A stretch of DNA of 64,000 bases from Candidatus Dadabacteria bacterium (GTDB lineage: Bacteria; Desulfobacterota_D; UBA1144; Nemesobacterales; CSP1-2), in NCBI GenBank assembly GCA_963805855.1, contig CAWDVW010000002.1:576001-640000 (forward strand), given 5' to 3'. Below, in pieces: positions 11,289-23,389 of this stretch (position 1 is its first letter; each line of letters begins with the position of its first letter). The translations under genes and the position numbers were made by a program. Below the pieces are notes generated by a model, which searched no databases, was not told where the DNA came from, and worked only from the letters and a program-made list of their open reading frames with translations.

Positions 11289-11509
11289 ATTTGTGGTCTC
11301 CGATTTAGCAAATTATATGTATTTAGCATGATACCATTGTTAGATAACAGTTTATCGAATCTAAGCTCTATAATTGAGCTAATAGCTAATAATGAATAAT
11401 AGATGAGTTTGCTTCAATTTCGGAATTTATCGTTCGACTGAGCTCACGACGAAGTCCTGAGCGAATCGACGGGCAAATTTCGCAATGACGTTACGCCAAA
11501 TGTCATTGC

Positions 11510-11696
11510 CGTAGATTTTGCATAATTCGGGGACAGTATCTTAGGTTTTAAATGGGCATTCAAAAAATTTCCAAAATCAATTCAGGAAGCGTTAAAAAAA
11601 GTGACAATCATTACTGTCATCTCGAAGGAGCAAAGTGACTGAGAGATCTTTATTTATTAAAAAAGAAAGATATCTCGCCGTTGCTCGATATGACAG
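11510..11696 (+). repeat. Composite intergenic repeat, partial copy
   Basis: AATTCGGGGACAG...AAATGGGCATTCAAAAAA...GTCATCTCGAAGGA matches 728-850. Confidence 0.8.
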
Positions 11697-11990
11697 ATGA
11701 AACACAAGGAATGCAACTATATCGGGACAAGAATGTCCCGACTATCCATAATAAATTCCGTCATCAACAACGATAGGCGGGGTTTTCCATCCCCGCATAG
11801 ATAAAACACATTGATTGGAAACCAGAGGGTTTCCTCTACGTCCTTTTCGATAATCCAGGAAGGAAAGACCTTCAGTCATAAACTTCAAAACCTTCGTACA
11901 CGCATAACAACAATCCCTTCTTTGCCGCGCCCCGGCTTTTTTAACTGCCATTCTTACACTTCCATAATTGTATACCTTTCTTAATTTTAC

Positions 11991-12368
11991 TCAGTCGAAC
12001 AGTTTGACCCTAAGCATAGCGCCGCCCATCAGCTTATTTGCTTTAATCACGCCCACCGATAGTCGGCACCTATCAAGATAAGACTTCTCTGAAGACAGGT
12101 TCTTGTCCCAAGCCATCTTTTCCCTAACCATATCATTAAAGTCAAATTGCTGTTCAAAAGGCTCGGTGAGTCCTGTGAATTCTAATGTCTCTTCGGAAGG
12201 ATTTCGGTCTTTATAAGCGTCCGTCTCATCCTTCAGATGGATGTCCTGTTTCTTTAACCACTTGTCATTCCTCTCTGAGGTTTGGGTGGCAGTTTCCTGA
12301 GCCATTAGATTTGCGGAGACGATGAGGAGTGAAACAACAGTAAGTAGTGAGATTCTTATACCTTTCAC
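11991..12368 (-). CDS. Hypothetical exported protein
   Basis: Signal peptide ending ANLMA-Q; GGGGGA RBS; 125 aa. Confidence 0.65.
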   Translation of the reverse strand: MKGIRISLLTVVSLLIVSANLMAQETATQTSERNDKWLKKQDIHLKDETDAYKDRNPSEETLEFTGLTEPFEQQFDFNDMVREKMAWDKNLSSEKSYLDRCRLSVGVIKANKLMGGAMLRVKLFD

Positions 12369-12659
12369 GATTCCCCCGTTAAAATAACCCTAACTATCAG
12401 GATATTATTTCAGAAATCGTTTGTCAATAGTTTTTTTCGACCGGTTGATAGGTTGCTACGAAGGTTTGCCCTGGTGGTTTAGGAATGACACTCCCTGCAG
12501 CAAGCTGCAGAATATCATAATAGAAGCTGAAACTCTCAGATTTCATCGCCGTAGAAGTTAGATATTTCGTGGACAGAATCCAAAAAATAATAGATTTCCT
12601 GGAAATTTACTCATCCGTCATCCTCGAGTGTTTTTATCGGGGATCCATCGTTTAATTTC

Positions 12660-12897
12660 TTTTTTTCTTTGTCTTGATACTAAAGAAACAAAAATCAAGG
12701 GCTGACAAAAAACGCTTGCGTATCGAGCGAATGCGAGATATCTATTACTATAATTAATTAGTTCTCTCAGTCACTTTGTTCCTTCGAGATGACAATAATC
12801 ATTGTCGCTTTTTTTAACGCTTCCGGAATTGATTTTGGCAATTTTTTGAATGCCCATTTAAAATCTAAGATACTGTCGCCAATTATGTAACATCTAG
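12660..12897 (-). repeat. Composite intergenic repeat, inverted copy
   Basis: Reverse complement of 723-955. Confidence 0.85.
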
Positions 12898-13259
12898 AAT
12901 GACACGCCAAGGGAAGCCCTGTAGCAAGCTACGGGGAATCCACTAGTTGAATATTATTTTTGCTCAATACGCACAGAAATATCGATTTTCGCGGAAATAG
13001 GGGGACAGACGGTTCTTCCACAAATGTCTGTCCCCATATGAACCAAGATACAACCTTAGATATATCCAAAGTCTTAGTGACAATGCATGTGGAGCATCAT
13101 AAATTGGCATAACTGGCAAAGTAAAGGTACTTCCAACATATTGTAATTATTAACTTTAATAATAGTTTGTCAGTCGGGCAAAAAAAGTGCTTTACTTTAG
13201 AGCCATTTTGTGATATAAAATGCAATCAATCCAAAAACACTCTATTGGGGGTAGTCCTA

Positions 13260-16200
13260 ATGAAAGATAGAAGGTTCGTATTTTACGCGGCCCTTATCAT
13301 CGTTACGGGCGCGGTCTTTGCCGCGGCGTCATTCATCGGCAAAGCGCAAAATGGAGGTGACACGGCTCGGCAGCCTGGCACCACGCTGACTGAAAACGAT
13401 TTCGTGAAGGATCCGACTTTATTCGCTATTCCAGACGCAGGAGTGGCGGTGACATTCCTCGAGAATCCCGATTCCATATCAGGGCCAGATGACACCGGGA
13501 CAATTGGAATGGATATGATCCCATTTAAATACGCGAGCGGAATGAATCAAACCTTCTGCTGGCAGGACGACAACAAAGAGTCCAGGCATTTTATGACCCT
13601 TGTGGACAGCAGTGGAACCGAAGTGCTGAGGGTGGAGGCTAATGGAGACTGTGTAACTCAATTCATAAACCAGGGTAATTACGAGATGCGTATTCAGCAT
13701 GACGACAGCACCGACGAGGTATCTGCCACGGTATTTTCCATCCCAGAAGAGAATGCTGACAACTCATCCGAAACTACAATAAGTACAAACAAATGCCAGG
13801 GGTGCGACCTGAGCGGGGCCGACTTCAGCAATGCAATCCTTACAAACGTAAACCTGCATGGGGCTGACCTTTCCGGCGCCAATCTTTCTAACGCCGATCT
13901 CAGTGGCGCAAACCTGAGCGATACGCTTCTGGCTAGCGCAGATCTTAGAGGAGCAAACCTGACCAATGCGAATTTGAGCGGCGCGGATCTTACGAATGCG
14001 AATCTTAGCGGAGCTAAGTTTGGCGGCGCTGTAGGTCTCGCGGTTACGCGACCGGCGGAACAACCTGAATTGGCCCAGGAAGAGCCCGAAGCGCCGAATC
14101 CTTGTCCCAATGGGATTCTGCGACCGATACCGGTGAAGGAAGACATGCAAGACCTCGTGCTAAGCCAGGCATGCATGGTACCGGCCGGGACCTATCAGTA
14201 CGGAGAGATCGATATCATAAACGGCGGCAGCTTAACCTTTAAAGACGAGAAGATTAACTTCTGGGCAAAGTCTATATTGATTCAAAATGGGGGGAGCCTG
14301 ATTGCGGGATCTACGTCCGATCCCATCGGCAAAGCCGGGGGACAGATAACTTTTCATCTTTACGGTAAGGACCAGGGTGCCGGGGGGAAGGGAATCACGT
14401 GCAAGAAAATTGAAATGGGTAAGCCTGTCACCGATCCGATGTGCGGCGTCGACGAAACTACCTGGAACAGCAATAAAAATCCTCCTCTTAATCCCACTTC
14501 GTGTACCCCCTCCATGAATCTTCCGGGAAGCGATTGCTTCTACCAGTATGGCACTCTTCCGGTTGACACAGGAGATACAGCTGCGTACTTCGGCTACAAG
14601 GTGATCGCCGTTTCATACGGCGGGACACTTCAATTATTCGGCCAAAAGGGCGCGACCTATGACGGTACAAATGTGCAGCCTTCTAATTCCGGCAAAAGCT
14701 GGGTCAGGCTGGCTAAGGACCTGAAAGGCGCCGAGTCCGAGCTAACGGTCGATGATCATGAAAACCCGGTTGATTGGAAAGAGGGCGACCATATCGTGGT
14801 CACGACCACGGATTATCTTCCGGGGCACTCGGAGGAGCTTACAATTACAGGCACGATGAAGGATTCAGACACCAGTAACACTATTATCAATGTGACTCCG
14901 CAGATCCAGTTTCCTCACAGCGGCACGGCATACCCATTCCCATCGGATTTAAAGACCGCCACCGGGATTGAGGCCACGAAGGCCGAAACACGCGCCGCCG
15001 TGGCTCTCCTTACGAGGAGCATACGCATTGTATCTGGCCCCAATAGCGATACGATCGACCAAAGCCTGCTGAATTGTGACACCAAAGAAAATCCGAAACC
15101 ATGTTTCCCCGTGTCCGACGGCTTTATTGGCGGACATACCATCGTCAGGCAGGGGTTTAAGACCTTCCAGGTGCAGGGGGTTGAGTTCTACCAGCTCGGT
15201 CAGGGCGGACGATTGGGCCACTATCCTGTCCACTTCCATCTAGCACGTAAGACCCCGCCGGACACGTTCGTGAAGGATTGTTCCGTACATGATTCTATGA
15301 CGCGCTTTATTACGGTTCACGCGACCCAGGGCGTGCTCCTCGCGAGAAACGTGGGTTACATGTCCATAGGTCATGGCTTTTACCTCGAGGACGGCACAGA
15401 GATAAATAACAAGCTCTATTCCAACATAGGAATCCTCGCCCGCTCCGCGGCTCAAAACGGCCCGAACGCGCCGAACCCCTTGAATCCCCGCATGGTGCCC
15501 GGCATTCTGTCCTCGCCAAAAATATGCTCAGGTGCGCAGACAAAGAGCTGTAAGACCGACGCCGATTGCACTGCGAGTGAGGGGACTTGCATAAATTATC
15601 CTTTGGCATTTCCCTATTTAACTGATTGGGCTCGTCCTGCTGTGTTCTGGTTCATGAACGGCTGGAATGATTTTGAGTACAACATGGCTGCGGGGGCCGG
15701 CGCCTGCGGAATGTGTTTTTGGCCTGTCGATGCCAAGATAAGCGGTCCATCCAAAAACATGTTCTGGACATCCTACGCCTCCATCCAGAGAAATCATGCC
15801 GGCACGGCCCCTATCATGAAGTTTAAGGGTAATTACTGCACGACCGCGATGAATTCCTTCAATACCACATCAGACGTAGGCGATTGTCATGGCGTTCTTG
15901 ACGGGTCTTTGCGACTAGACCAAGTCCCAAATACATTTGCAGCCGTACCAAATCCTAACAGAGATGCAGAGACCTATTATCCAATCGTTTCAGGCCTCCC
16001 GGCTTATACGCGGTGTGAGGGGGAAAATACTGATTGTAGCTCAATCAATCCGTGTGCCGAAGGCAACAGGGAGAATTGCATGGTCACAGTGCTCGACACA
16101 TATACCACCTCCTTCAACTGGGGCCAGAAAAACTTCTCGGCAATATGGCTCCGCCCTCGCTGGTCCCTCGTCCAGAACAGCGTGATTACAGATGTGCAGC

Positions 16201-17765
16201 AGGCCGGCTTGACATTCGTAACTGGTGGCGACTACACCCATTCGAGCGTGATAACCGGCAACTGGATGCTTGCGAGAAAGAATGTCTTCATAGGAACCAC
16301 ACAGCCGGATAACCCGTTTGCTTACGCCGCGGGACCGTTTAACCCAAAAGGCATCAAAAAATGCGATAATCCGATGGCGGATAGTAATTATTGCCTTTCT
16401 CGAGAGCAGCAAATAAGCATACAGCTTGATGGGTTCGGAACGAATCAGCGCTTCTTCAATATCTATGACGGCCCCTCCCTTCAGGACTCAAACGCCTATC
16501 TGGATATCAAGAAGACCTTCATCGACGATTGCCCGTTTCCTAATAACAACCTACAGTGCAACAACAGCGGGTGGATGTATGGAAAAGTCCTGGGCATTCC
16601 AGGTGATGAAAAGAAAAAGATGGGCTATTTGCCGAACGCTGCAATTGCCTGGAAACAGTCCAACGGATTTTACTATCCCCCTGCTTTTCACTCGAAAAAC
16701 CTATTCTTCGACAATAGACCGTCACCACATGGTGTCGACATCCGCCACTTTGTCATCGAACCTCTGTTTGCCCCTGAAACAGCCAAAACGTGGTTTAAGA
16801 CAAGCAGTGATGTGAACCAGCATTACGCCACATGGAATTCGACGATGTTCAACAATTTCACTGCAATAGACCGTCAAACCATACTTAACGACGACGACGG
16901 CTCCCTAACAGGACTAATCGGTACGGTATCGGTCAATGAGGATCCATTCTTCAACGCCCCCGTGGAAACCATCGAGTGCCTGTCTGACGAGACCGCGAAA
17001 ACCAATCCTTACGATCATATAACAACCGTGGTTTATCCCGATTGCGCGAACACCAATACCTGTGACACGGGCAAAAAGTTTTGCGATCCAACTAAAGGAC
17101 CTTGTCCTTGCAATAAAGACGTATGCGATCCTACTTGTGACTGGTGTGCTAATTGTACAATCACTGGCGAGACGGGATGTTACGGCGTCCCCCTCTACCG
17201 CCAATTCCTGACTTTGTCCGAAAAAGACATGGAAAAGGCCGGGAAAGAACCGGACACGAAGATTCGTATGATGGGGCCAGCGGTCTTTGGCCGCATCAAC
17301 CTGACTGCAAACCGTGGCAAGTACTACATCTCCACCACAGACGGAACGACTCAGCAGAGCCCCACGCCGCTCAAGAACATCTTCAGGAAAGGTGATAAAT
17401 ATTATGTCTTCCTTGTATACGCCAAACCCAGTGCCAGGCAGACATACCAGATTTATGTCGGGGCTATGGCTAATCTTGACGCGAATGCTCCGCAAAACGT
17501 GGAGGCTGTCGGTGCAAACCTGGCGACCAAGGCCCTGGAATTTGATAGCATCTGTACAAAACTGGATTCCTCGTTATGTGAGAACGGCTTCCCAAAAAAT
17601 TGGGAAAGACAATACGACAGTGCTACCGGAATATTGACCGTAACCATGAACCTCAGCGACCTTGGTGGGCAGTTCGATAATGCCAGAGAGGATATCTGTC
17701 AGCCACACACATTTTGCAAACCTTCGGGGAACACGTGCGAATGTGTTGATAGCTTAAAACGATGA
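13260..17765 (+). CDS. Large surface protein: N-terminal domain, pentapeptide repeats, G8 domain, TMEM2/CEMIP-like beta-helix region; probably extends to 18311 across frameshifts
   Basis: A(D/N)LSG repeats; IINGGSLTF...[40 protein letters not shown]; likely start MKDRRF at 13260. Confidence 0.8.
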   Translation: MKDRRFVFYAALIIVTGAVFAAASFIGKAQNGGDTARQPGTTLTENDFVKDPTLFAIPDAGVAVTFLENPDSISGPDDTGTIGMDMIPFKYASGMNQTFCWQDDNKESRHFMTLVDSSGTEVLRVEANGDCVTQFINQGNYEMRIQHDDSTDEVSATVFSIPEENADNSSETTISTNKCQGCDLSGADFSNAILTNVNLHGADLSGANLSNADLSGANLSDTLLASADLRGANLTNANLSGADLTNANLSGAKFGGAVGLAVTRPAEQPELAQEEPEAPNPCPNGILRPIPVKEDMQDLVLSQACMVPAGTYQYGEIDIINGGSLTFKDEKINFWAKSILIQNGGSLIAGSTSDPIGKAGGQITFHLYGKDQGAGGKGITCKKIEMGKPVTDPMCGVDETTWNSNKNPPLNPTSCTPSMNLPGSDCFYQYGTLPVDTGDTAAYFGYKVIAVSYGGTLQLFGQKGATYDGTNVQPSNSGKSWVRLAKDLKGAESELTVDDHENPVDWKEGDHIVVTTTDYLPGHSEELTITGTMKDSDTSNTIINVTPQIQFPHSGTAYPFPSDLKTATGIEATKAETRAAVALLTRSIRIVSGPNSDTIDQSLLNCDTKENPKPCFPVSDGFIGGHTIVRQGFKTFQVQGVEFYQLGQGGRLGHYPVHFHLARKTPPDTFVKDCSVHDSMTRFITVHATQGVLLARNVGYMSIGHGFYLEDGTEINNKLYSNIGILARSAAQNGPNAPNPLNPRMVPGILSSPKICSGAQTKSCKTDADCTASEGTCINYPLAFPYLTDWARPAVFWFMNGWNDFEYNMAAGAGACGMCFWPVDAKISGPSKNMFWTSYASIQRNHAGTAPIMKFKGNYCTTAMNSFNTTSDVGDCHGVLDGSLRLDQVPNTFAAVPNPNRDAETYYPIVSGLPAYTRCEGENTDCSSINPCAEGNRENCMVTVLDTYTTSFNWGQKNFSAIWLRPRWSLVQNSVITDVQQAGLTFVTGGDYTHSSVITGNWMLARKNVFIGTTQPDNPFAYAAGPFNPKGIKKCDNPMADSNYCLSREQQISIQLDGFGTNQRFFNIYDGPSLQDSNAYLDIKKTFIDDCPFPNNNLQCNNSGWMYGKVLGIPGDEKKKMGYLPNAAIAWKQSNGFYYPPAFHSKNLFFDNRPSPHGVDIRHFVIEPLFAPETAKTWFKTSSDVNQHYATWNSTMFNNFTAIDRQTILNDDDGSLTGLIGTVSVNEDPFFNAPVETIECLSDETAKTNPYDHITTVVYPDCANTNTCDTGKKFCDPTKGPCPCNKDVCDPTCDWCANCTITGETGCYGVPLYRQFLTLSEKDMEKAGKEPDTKIRMMGPAVFGRINLTANRGKYYISTTDGTTQQSPTPLKNIFRKGDKYYVFLVYAKPSARQTYQIYVGAMANLDANAPQNVEAVGANLATKALEFDSICTKLDSSLCENGFPKNWERQYDSATGILTVTMNLSDLGGQFDNAREDICQPHTFCKPSGNTCECVDSLKR

Positions 17766-18506
17766 AGACTGCGTTAATGGTCATATTTGCAGTGAATGGG
17801 CCGTCAAGGACATCGATTGCCCCGTTTTTGTAGTCAAAGTAGACGACAAGGAACAGAGGTTCTCCCGCTGCGTCGGGTTTTCATTCACCATTCCGCAAGA
17901 CGGGGACTTTTCTGCGGATGGCACAGATCAAAGGCCAAAACCCAGTCCCATATCTAGTTTAGAAAACTGCTTCCCGATTGAAGACTGGAACTTTTCCTGG
18001 TCTTGCGCTGACGAAAAACTCGCGGGGGATTGCGGACATCCGCCGCTTCCGGCCGCGATTGGGATGACCCAGTTTTGTGAAGATAACACCGATAAGATGT
18101 GCGTTAGGGGGATCGGTGGCGGGGGCCCAGCCCCAATGGGCGGCGGGGGCGAAGGGGACGAGGGCGCCAGTTGGTTCCTGTCATTCACTTGCTGGCGCGG
18201 CGCCTGTGCAGCTAGGTACGGCGATGGCTAACATACTGATACCGCTTGTTCCAGCAGTAGCGGTCGGACTTCGAGGTGCTTAGGAGAAAGAAGAAGAAGG
18301 GGCAGAAGTAAAATAGGTAGCGCACAAAGATAGAAGGGTTTCAGCCCTTCTATCTTTGATAAGTAAGAGAAGCAGGTTACTCGATCGCAGCCGCTGGAAC
18401 TTCTCTTTCGATTCCACTCTATCTCCTGGTTCCTGTTTTTCTTATTATGAGAAGGATCTGGAGGACGCACGACCAAAAGCGTAATTGATACCGGGCGTAT
18501 TCGCGC

Positions 18507-18641
18507 GGGTCAGGTCTTGATACGACATGCTATGAGTAGTAAATTTTCGGGGTGGCAAGACCTTTAAGGATAGGAATCCCAGTGGCCTCGCATCATGTGA
18601 TGACGGTGACTGATATATCAGTCCCGCGCTTCACCCGTTAG
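18507..18641 (+). mobile_element. RAYT/Y1 transposase 5' remnant with REP-like end
   Basis: GGGTCAGGTCTTG at 18507; GTG 18552 reads MARPLRIGIPVASHHVMT. Confidence 0.6.
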
Positions 18642-18649
18642 CTTGGAGA

Positions 18650-20473
18650 TTGCATATGGCGCGAAGCAGCAGGCGAGATTTTTTGCGGCAGGCCGCTCAG
18701 GCGGGTCTGGCATTAGGAATCGGGTCACACTTGGGTGTGTTGACCGGGTGCGCAGACAGCGTTGATCAGGCCAGCGGCCGCTATGACGCAATCATAATCG
18801 GCGGTGGAACTGCAGGGGTGATTGTAGCCGCCAAGTTGCAGATTGCCAGTGGCGGGACAAAACGCATCCTCATCATCGAAGCAGGCGGACCAACCGCAGC
18901 AGCGATAGGAGGGACCGACTTTCCGCCTTGGCTGCCACTCGATCGCACCGACCTGACGATCTTCGACGTGCCAGGCGAGTACTCTCAGATAGCGAACATG
19001 CCGCTCGGAGCCCCATACAAACTCACAAATACTCCGTTCACCTATCAAGGAATCGGGATCGGAGGCAACAGCATGTTTAACGGCATGCTGTTCCAGACAA
19101 ACCCTCCGCTGGTATTCGACCGTTTCTGGCCGGCGGGTTGGCGCTGGAACGATATCCGGCCCTACTTCGACCGAGTACGAGAGAGTATCCCGGTGACGAA
19201 TACTCCATCGACGGATGGCATCCCCCAGAACACCGGCCCCGCGATGATCGCCCACCCACTATATGCCGAAGCCGGCTGGGTGGAAGCGGATACGAGCCGG
19301 CCTTTCATTGAGCGGGGTGTATACAGCCGCCCTTATGTCGCCACACAAGGCGGCATGCGGGCGAGCCCAATCAGCGGGTACTTCGAAGCCGTCGATCCCG
19401 GTGGGGTGGCGGTCGAAGGCCTGGAAATCCTGGAGTTTGCGAAGGCCGAACGGATCGATTTCGACATAACCGGTAGGGCACTCGCCGTGCACTACACCAA
19501 ACGGAGCAGCCTGAACCAGCAGCTTCCGGGCACTCCTGGAACCGCAAGGTTGCGGCGTGACGGGCTCCTGGTGATGGCGGCAGGAGCACTCGTGACCCCT
19601 CGGCTGCTTCTCCTAAGCGGGATCGGCCCACAAGGGCGTGAGACGGAAATCTTCCCCGGTCAATCACCGGCACCGTTCGAAATCGACAACCCACAGGTCG
19701 GCGTCGGCGTGTTCGACCACGTGCTCACCATGCTGACCTATAGCTACGAAGGACCCGTACCCTACTTAGCCTACAATTACGGCGATTACTCCGCGAATGA
19801 ATCAGACCTGCAGGCTTACCTGGAGGGAGGAAGAGGACCTTACGCCCAGTACCAGCCGGTGTCGATTCTGAATTACTCCTACGACTCCGATATACCGGAG
19901 GTCGAGGTCTTTATAAACCCGAACGGAGCCGGCACCCCCGGAGGTCCCTTTTATGGCCCAACCACCCTGTCTGCATTCGCCATGCTGCTGAATCCTAAGG
20001 CGCGTGGGCTCATCACGCTCGACGAAAATGGCAACGTGAAAGCGCCGGACATATACCTGCCGGATACGGAGGAAGGCGAAGCCGATACCACCCTGATGAC
20101 CCGGGCGGTGTTCGACCTCATCCAGCTCTTCCAGCAGGACCCGGGACTGAAGATCGTGTTCGGGCCTGGCAGCTCGAGCCATCCAAATCTGAATCCCGAC
20201 AGTCTCTCCGATATCCGAACGTATGTTACCGGCCCATCGCCGGTTGACGGCATCTTTTTCAGCCGGCTGATTGTCAACCATTTCGGCGGTACCGCAGCGC
20301 TCAGCGACGGCCCTGGAGGCGTCGATCCGGAGACCCTGATCCTGCGCGGCACGGAGAATGTGGCCGTGGTGGATGCCTCGCTCATCCCGACGGTCGTGAC
20401 GGCCCACCCGGTCGGTACCATCATGGCAATCGCAGACCGCGCCGGGGATATACTTGCGGCTCGCTGGATTTAA
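18650..20473 (+). CDS. GMC family FAD oxidoreductase (cellobiose dehydrogenase flavodomain-like), Tat lipoprotein
   Basis: SRRDFL Tat motif, LTGC lipobox, IIGGGTAG, GGNSMFNG, AAGALVTPRLLLLSGIG, VVDASLIP. Confidence 0.88.
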   Translation: MHMARSSRRDFLRQAAQAGLALGIGSHLGVLTGCADSVDQASGRYDAIIIGGGTAGVIVAAKLQIASGGTKRILIIEAGGPTAAAIGGTDFPPWLPLDRTDLTIFDVPGEYSQIANMPLGAPYKLTNTPFTYQGIGIGGNSMFNGMLFQTNPPLVFDRFWPAGWRWNDIRPYFDRVRESIPVTNTPSTDGIPQNTGPAMIAHPLYAEAGWVEADTSRPFIERGVYSRPYVATQGGMRASPISGYFEAVDPGGVAVEGLEILEFAKAERIDFDITGRALAVHYTKRSSLNQQLPGTPGTARLRRDGLLVMAAGALVTPRLLLLSGIGPQGRETEIFPGQSPAPFEIDNPQVGVGVFDHVLTMLTYSYEGPVPYLAYNYGDYSANESDLQAYLEGGRGPYAQYQPVSILNYSYDSDIPEVEVFINPNGAGTPGGPFYGPTTLSAFAMLLNPKARGLITLDENGNVKAPDIYLPDTEEGEADTTLMTRAVFDLIQLFQQDPGLKIVFGPGSSSHPNLNPDSLSDIRTYVTGPSPVDGIFFSRLIVNHFGGTAALSDGPGGVDPETLILRGTENVAVVDASLIPTVVTAHPVGTIMAIADRAGDILAARWI

Positions 20474-20833
20474 CAATGCGCGCAAAGCCACGCCATGCGG
20501 TGAGGTTGGAAAACCCCGCCTAACCATTGTTGTCATCCCCGCGGACGGTTGGCGGGAATCCAAGTATCCGCACAAAGACCCGTCCCGACAGTTCGGCCTT
20601 GCTCAGGACAAGGGACTGGGGATTAATCAATTGAGGCCTATCCCCGTACCGTCCAGTTTACTCGTGCACTCCGACGAGCGAACTTAGCCTCCTAAAAGGA
20701 GGGACGTATGTTTTGTCCCTGCGGGTTAGAAAACCCCGCCTATCGCTATTCATAACCGTATTTATTAATGTGAAACCTTTTTTCTGTATCCTAGTTTATA
20801 CTAATGACATTACTTAATCAGGAGGACTGTGAA

Positions 20834-21112
20834 ATGAAGAGATTCTTCTTATTAGCAATTCTATTCTCCATCTTACTGGTTCCAGCTACGTCGATGGCGA
20901 AGACAAATTTCTTCTTCAATCTAGGCCTGGGCTTACCGCTTCCGGTCGTAGTAGCCCCGGCTCCTGTAGTTGTCGCCCCACCGCCCGTCTACGTGGCGCC
21001 GGCACCCGTTATTGTCGCGCCCCCGGTGTATGTCCAGCCCGGACCTGTATTCTATGGCCCACCGGGGTGGTATCATGGCTCAAAGCGCGGTTGGTACAAA
21101 TATCGCTGGTAG
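20834..21112 (+). CDS. Small Pro/Val-rich exported protein (PXPV-repeat-like)
   Basis: GGAGG RBS, signal peptide, VVAPAPVVVAPPPVYV repeats. Confidence 0.75.
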   Translation: MKRFFLLAILFSILLVPATSMAKTNFFFNLGLGLPLPVVVAPAPVVVAPPPVYVAPAPVIVAPPVYVQPGPVFYGPPGWYHGSKRGWYKYRW

Positions 21113-23389
21113 CTAGGTAACGGGAGGAAATCGTGGGACGCCATTACATTTGTTACGGTGTTTCTTTTTCTTTCTCAGCAATCTTGTTATTACAATAAAT
21201 ACGGGAGCCAGGAGATATAACGGTATTGATGGAGCAGAACCTATTGATGCAATAGAACAACCGCCTCCGCCTTCTGCTCCCAAATTCATTCCTTCACATG
21301 CATCTCCAATACCATCTTGATTGGTATCCGTCTGATCAGGGTTGGCAACTTCCACACAGTTGTCAATTATATTAACAACCCCGTCTCCATCGGTATCGGG
21401 ACTCGTTTTCATTGCCTCAGAGAGATTAAGCGGATTGCCCTCACCAGTCAATCTAACGTCGTCTAGAAAGTCTGAGGATGCCCTGAAATTATATTGTAAA
21501 TTTCTCCAGTCATCATGTCCCTTCAGTACGGCGCCGAAGCCGGTGCAGGGAGAATTACCGTTGTCGAGATTGTTTATATCAGCAGATACGTTCATATCTG
21601 TGGCATTGCCATTACGGTTCCAGTCTATTGCCATATCTGCTAAAGACATAAGAGAGGGGGAAGGCCCATATGCCGTTTTTAAGTCTGGAGCTCCGCCGAT
21701 TCCAAAGGCTTCATTTAAAGAGCTCTCATCTAGCGTAGCCAAATTTGAGCGTGAATAATCCAATACTCTTCCAATAATTTTGTAGTTATCTATCTGCTGA
21801 CTATAACTCATCACGCTCAGGTAGTTAGGTTTACAATTAATATTATCACCCCCACCATGGCGAAGACCGAGAGTGTGCCCTAGCTCGTGCATAAAAGTAC
21901 CGGCCTGCTGGTCAACAGTGCCTACTTGATGGCCCTTTATCTTTGCCCAGCTTCCAAGCGTTACAACAAAATCATTTCCGGGTAGCTCGCCGCATCCCGA
22001 CGTCCCATCGAGGCCGAGAAGGTTATGGGCAAAAAGCGCATAACGATAAACCAAGTGCTTTGCATTCAGGATATTTTCACTGTTTGGATCATTCCTTTCC
22101 GCTGCTGTCCCAAAACTCTTTGCCTTTATTTGGTCAAAATCAGGTACTTGTGGTGAAGCGTCAGTACAACCAGCAAATGACAGGTCATCGCTGTGCGCCA
22201 TAGCCTCCTCATCCACCAGAAGGTGTAAATTAATCCCCTTGCAATTAGAGCCATCCGGTTCGCAATCAACCGGGGCATTTTCAAATCCTTCCTTTACCAT
22301 ATCTAACGCTTTAGAGTCCGGTTTATGCTGAGCCATCCAGTCGATTTCAACAAAAACGTCCTTTCGCTCGGGATCAGCCCCCATTGCCGGAAGGTCAAAA
22401 TCTATTTGCCCGTCATTATTGAAATCGATGCCGTCGGTCTCCCAGCAGTCAAGAAGCCCATCGCCGTCAAAGTCCTTCGTTTCACCACCAGGGCACCTGG
22501 CCGTCGTTAAGTTTGGAGAGGGTGGAGGTTTCGTACCGCAGTCAAAGGTAACGTCAAACCCATGTGATTCCGGTGTACTTCCATCAGGGAGTTCTATAGA
22601 GTTCATGGTGACGATTGAAGACACAGCGCCGCGCCCTCGATTAGCCCCTGCAATCAACCTCATTCCTACCGAAAAAGCTGCGGAGCCATTTTCGAGTGGT
22701 ACATTGACCGTTCTTTTCCCTAGGAAATATGTGCTATCTTCGGGAAATGTAGCATCATCCCAATCCAGAGCCGCTAATTCTATTTGATCCCCTCCGCATG
22801 CTCTCTGAAATAAAGAGCAATCGCCAACCACCGGGTCGCAGGCTGGTTCATCTTCGATTTCACCTACATCGATGTCAAGTATCATTAAAGCGAGATTAAC
22901 AGCGTTTGATTCACCCGTCTCATCAAGGGAACAACTAACTATTCCCTCTGCAGAAAATGTCATATTTACAGAGTCTGGCAAGCTTCCTCCGCCATTGAGC
23001 CTGAGTGTGCAGCTCCACCTGGTGAAAGCCCTCGTGATTACTTCACCGCCCTCTCGGGATACATCATTATCGTCGGAACCATATGCAAAAACACTACCCG
23101 ATAGCAATGTGTTTAAATCAAATCCAGCAACTGTGCCGTGAGCATCCGAGTCCAGTAAGCCTATATCAGGATTTGTAAACTGAGGACCTGCAGTCTGACA
23201 GGAAGCAAATGCAAGATCCTCATCTTCATCAGTCTCGACAGTCTGGGCAGGTTCATCTTCTTTCGCATCGCATTCAGTAGACACCTCTGCCTTAGCCATT
23301 GCTTGCTTCACGTACCCAAAATGTAACCCAATGGCCACTAATAGTATAAGAAAAATCTTCTTCAGTTTTATCTTTTCGAACGGACTCAT
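21113..23389 (-). CDS. Exported zinc-metalloprotease-like protein with Asp-rich Ca-binding/TSP3 repeats and Gly-Cys/TM/basic C-terminal sorting signal
   Basis: TFMHELGHTLGLRHGG, KPNYLSVMSY, DFDGDGLLD, DNCVEVANPDQTD, GGGGCSIAS...RLLRKKKK. Confidence 0.85.
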   Translation of the reverse strand: MSPFEKIKLKKIFLILLVAIGLHFGYVKQAMAKAEVSTECDAKEDEPAQTVETDEDEDLAFASCQTAGPQFTNPDIGLLDSDAHGTVAGFDLNTLLSGSVFAYGSDDNDVSREGGEVITRAFTRWSCTLRLNGGGSLPDSVNMTFSAEGIVSCSLDETGESNAVNLALMILDIDVGEIEDEPACDPVVGDCSLFQRACGGDQIELAALDWDDATFPEDSTYFLGKRTVNVPLENGSAAFSVGMRLIAGANRGRGAVSSIVTMNSIELPDGSTPESHGFDVTFDCGTKPPPSPNLTTARCPGGETKDFDGDGLLDCWETDGIDFNNDGQIDFDLPAMGADPERKDVFVEIDWMAQHKPDSKALDMVKEGFENAPVDCEPDGSNCKGINLHLLVDEEAMAHSDDLSFAGCTDASPQVPDFDQIKAKSFGTAAERNDPNSENILNAKHLVYRYALFAHNLLGLDGTSGCGELPGNDFVVTLGSWAKIKGHQVGTVDQQAGTFMHELGHTLGLRHGGGDNINCKPNYLSVMSYSQQIDNYKIIGRVLDYSRSNLATLDESSLNEAFGIGGAPDLKTAYGPSPSLMSLADMAIDWNRNGNATDMNVSADINNLDNGNSPCTGFGAVLKGHDDWRNLQYNFRASSDFLDDVRLTGEGNPLNLSEAMKTSPDTDGDGVVNIIDNCVEVANPDQTDTNQDGIGDACEGMNLGAEGGGGCSIASIGSAPSIPLYLLAPVFIVITRLLRKKKKHRNKCNGVPRFPPVT

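Noticed and set aside
13800-14030. 15-bp periodicity
   Set aside because: Explained by pentapeptide repeats in the coding frame
19802-20575. 257-aa minus-strand ORF and similar long antisense ORFs in GC-rich genes
   Set aside because: Shadow frames of well-supported genes
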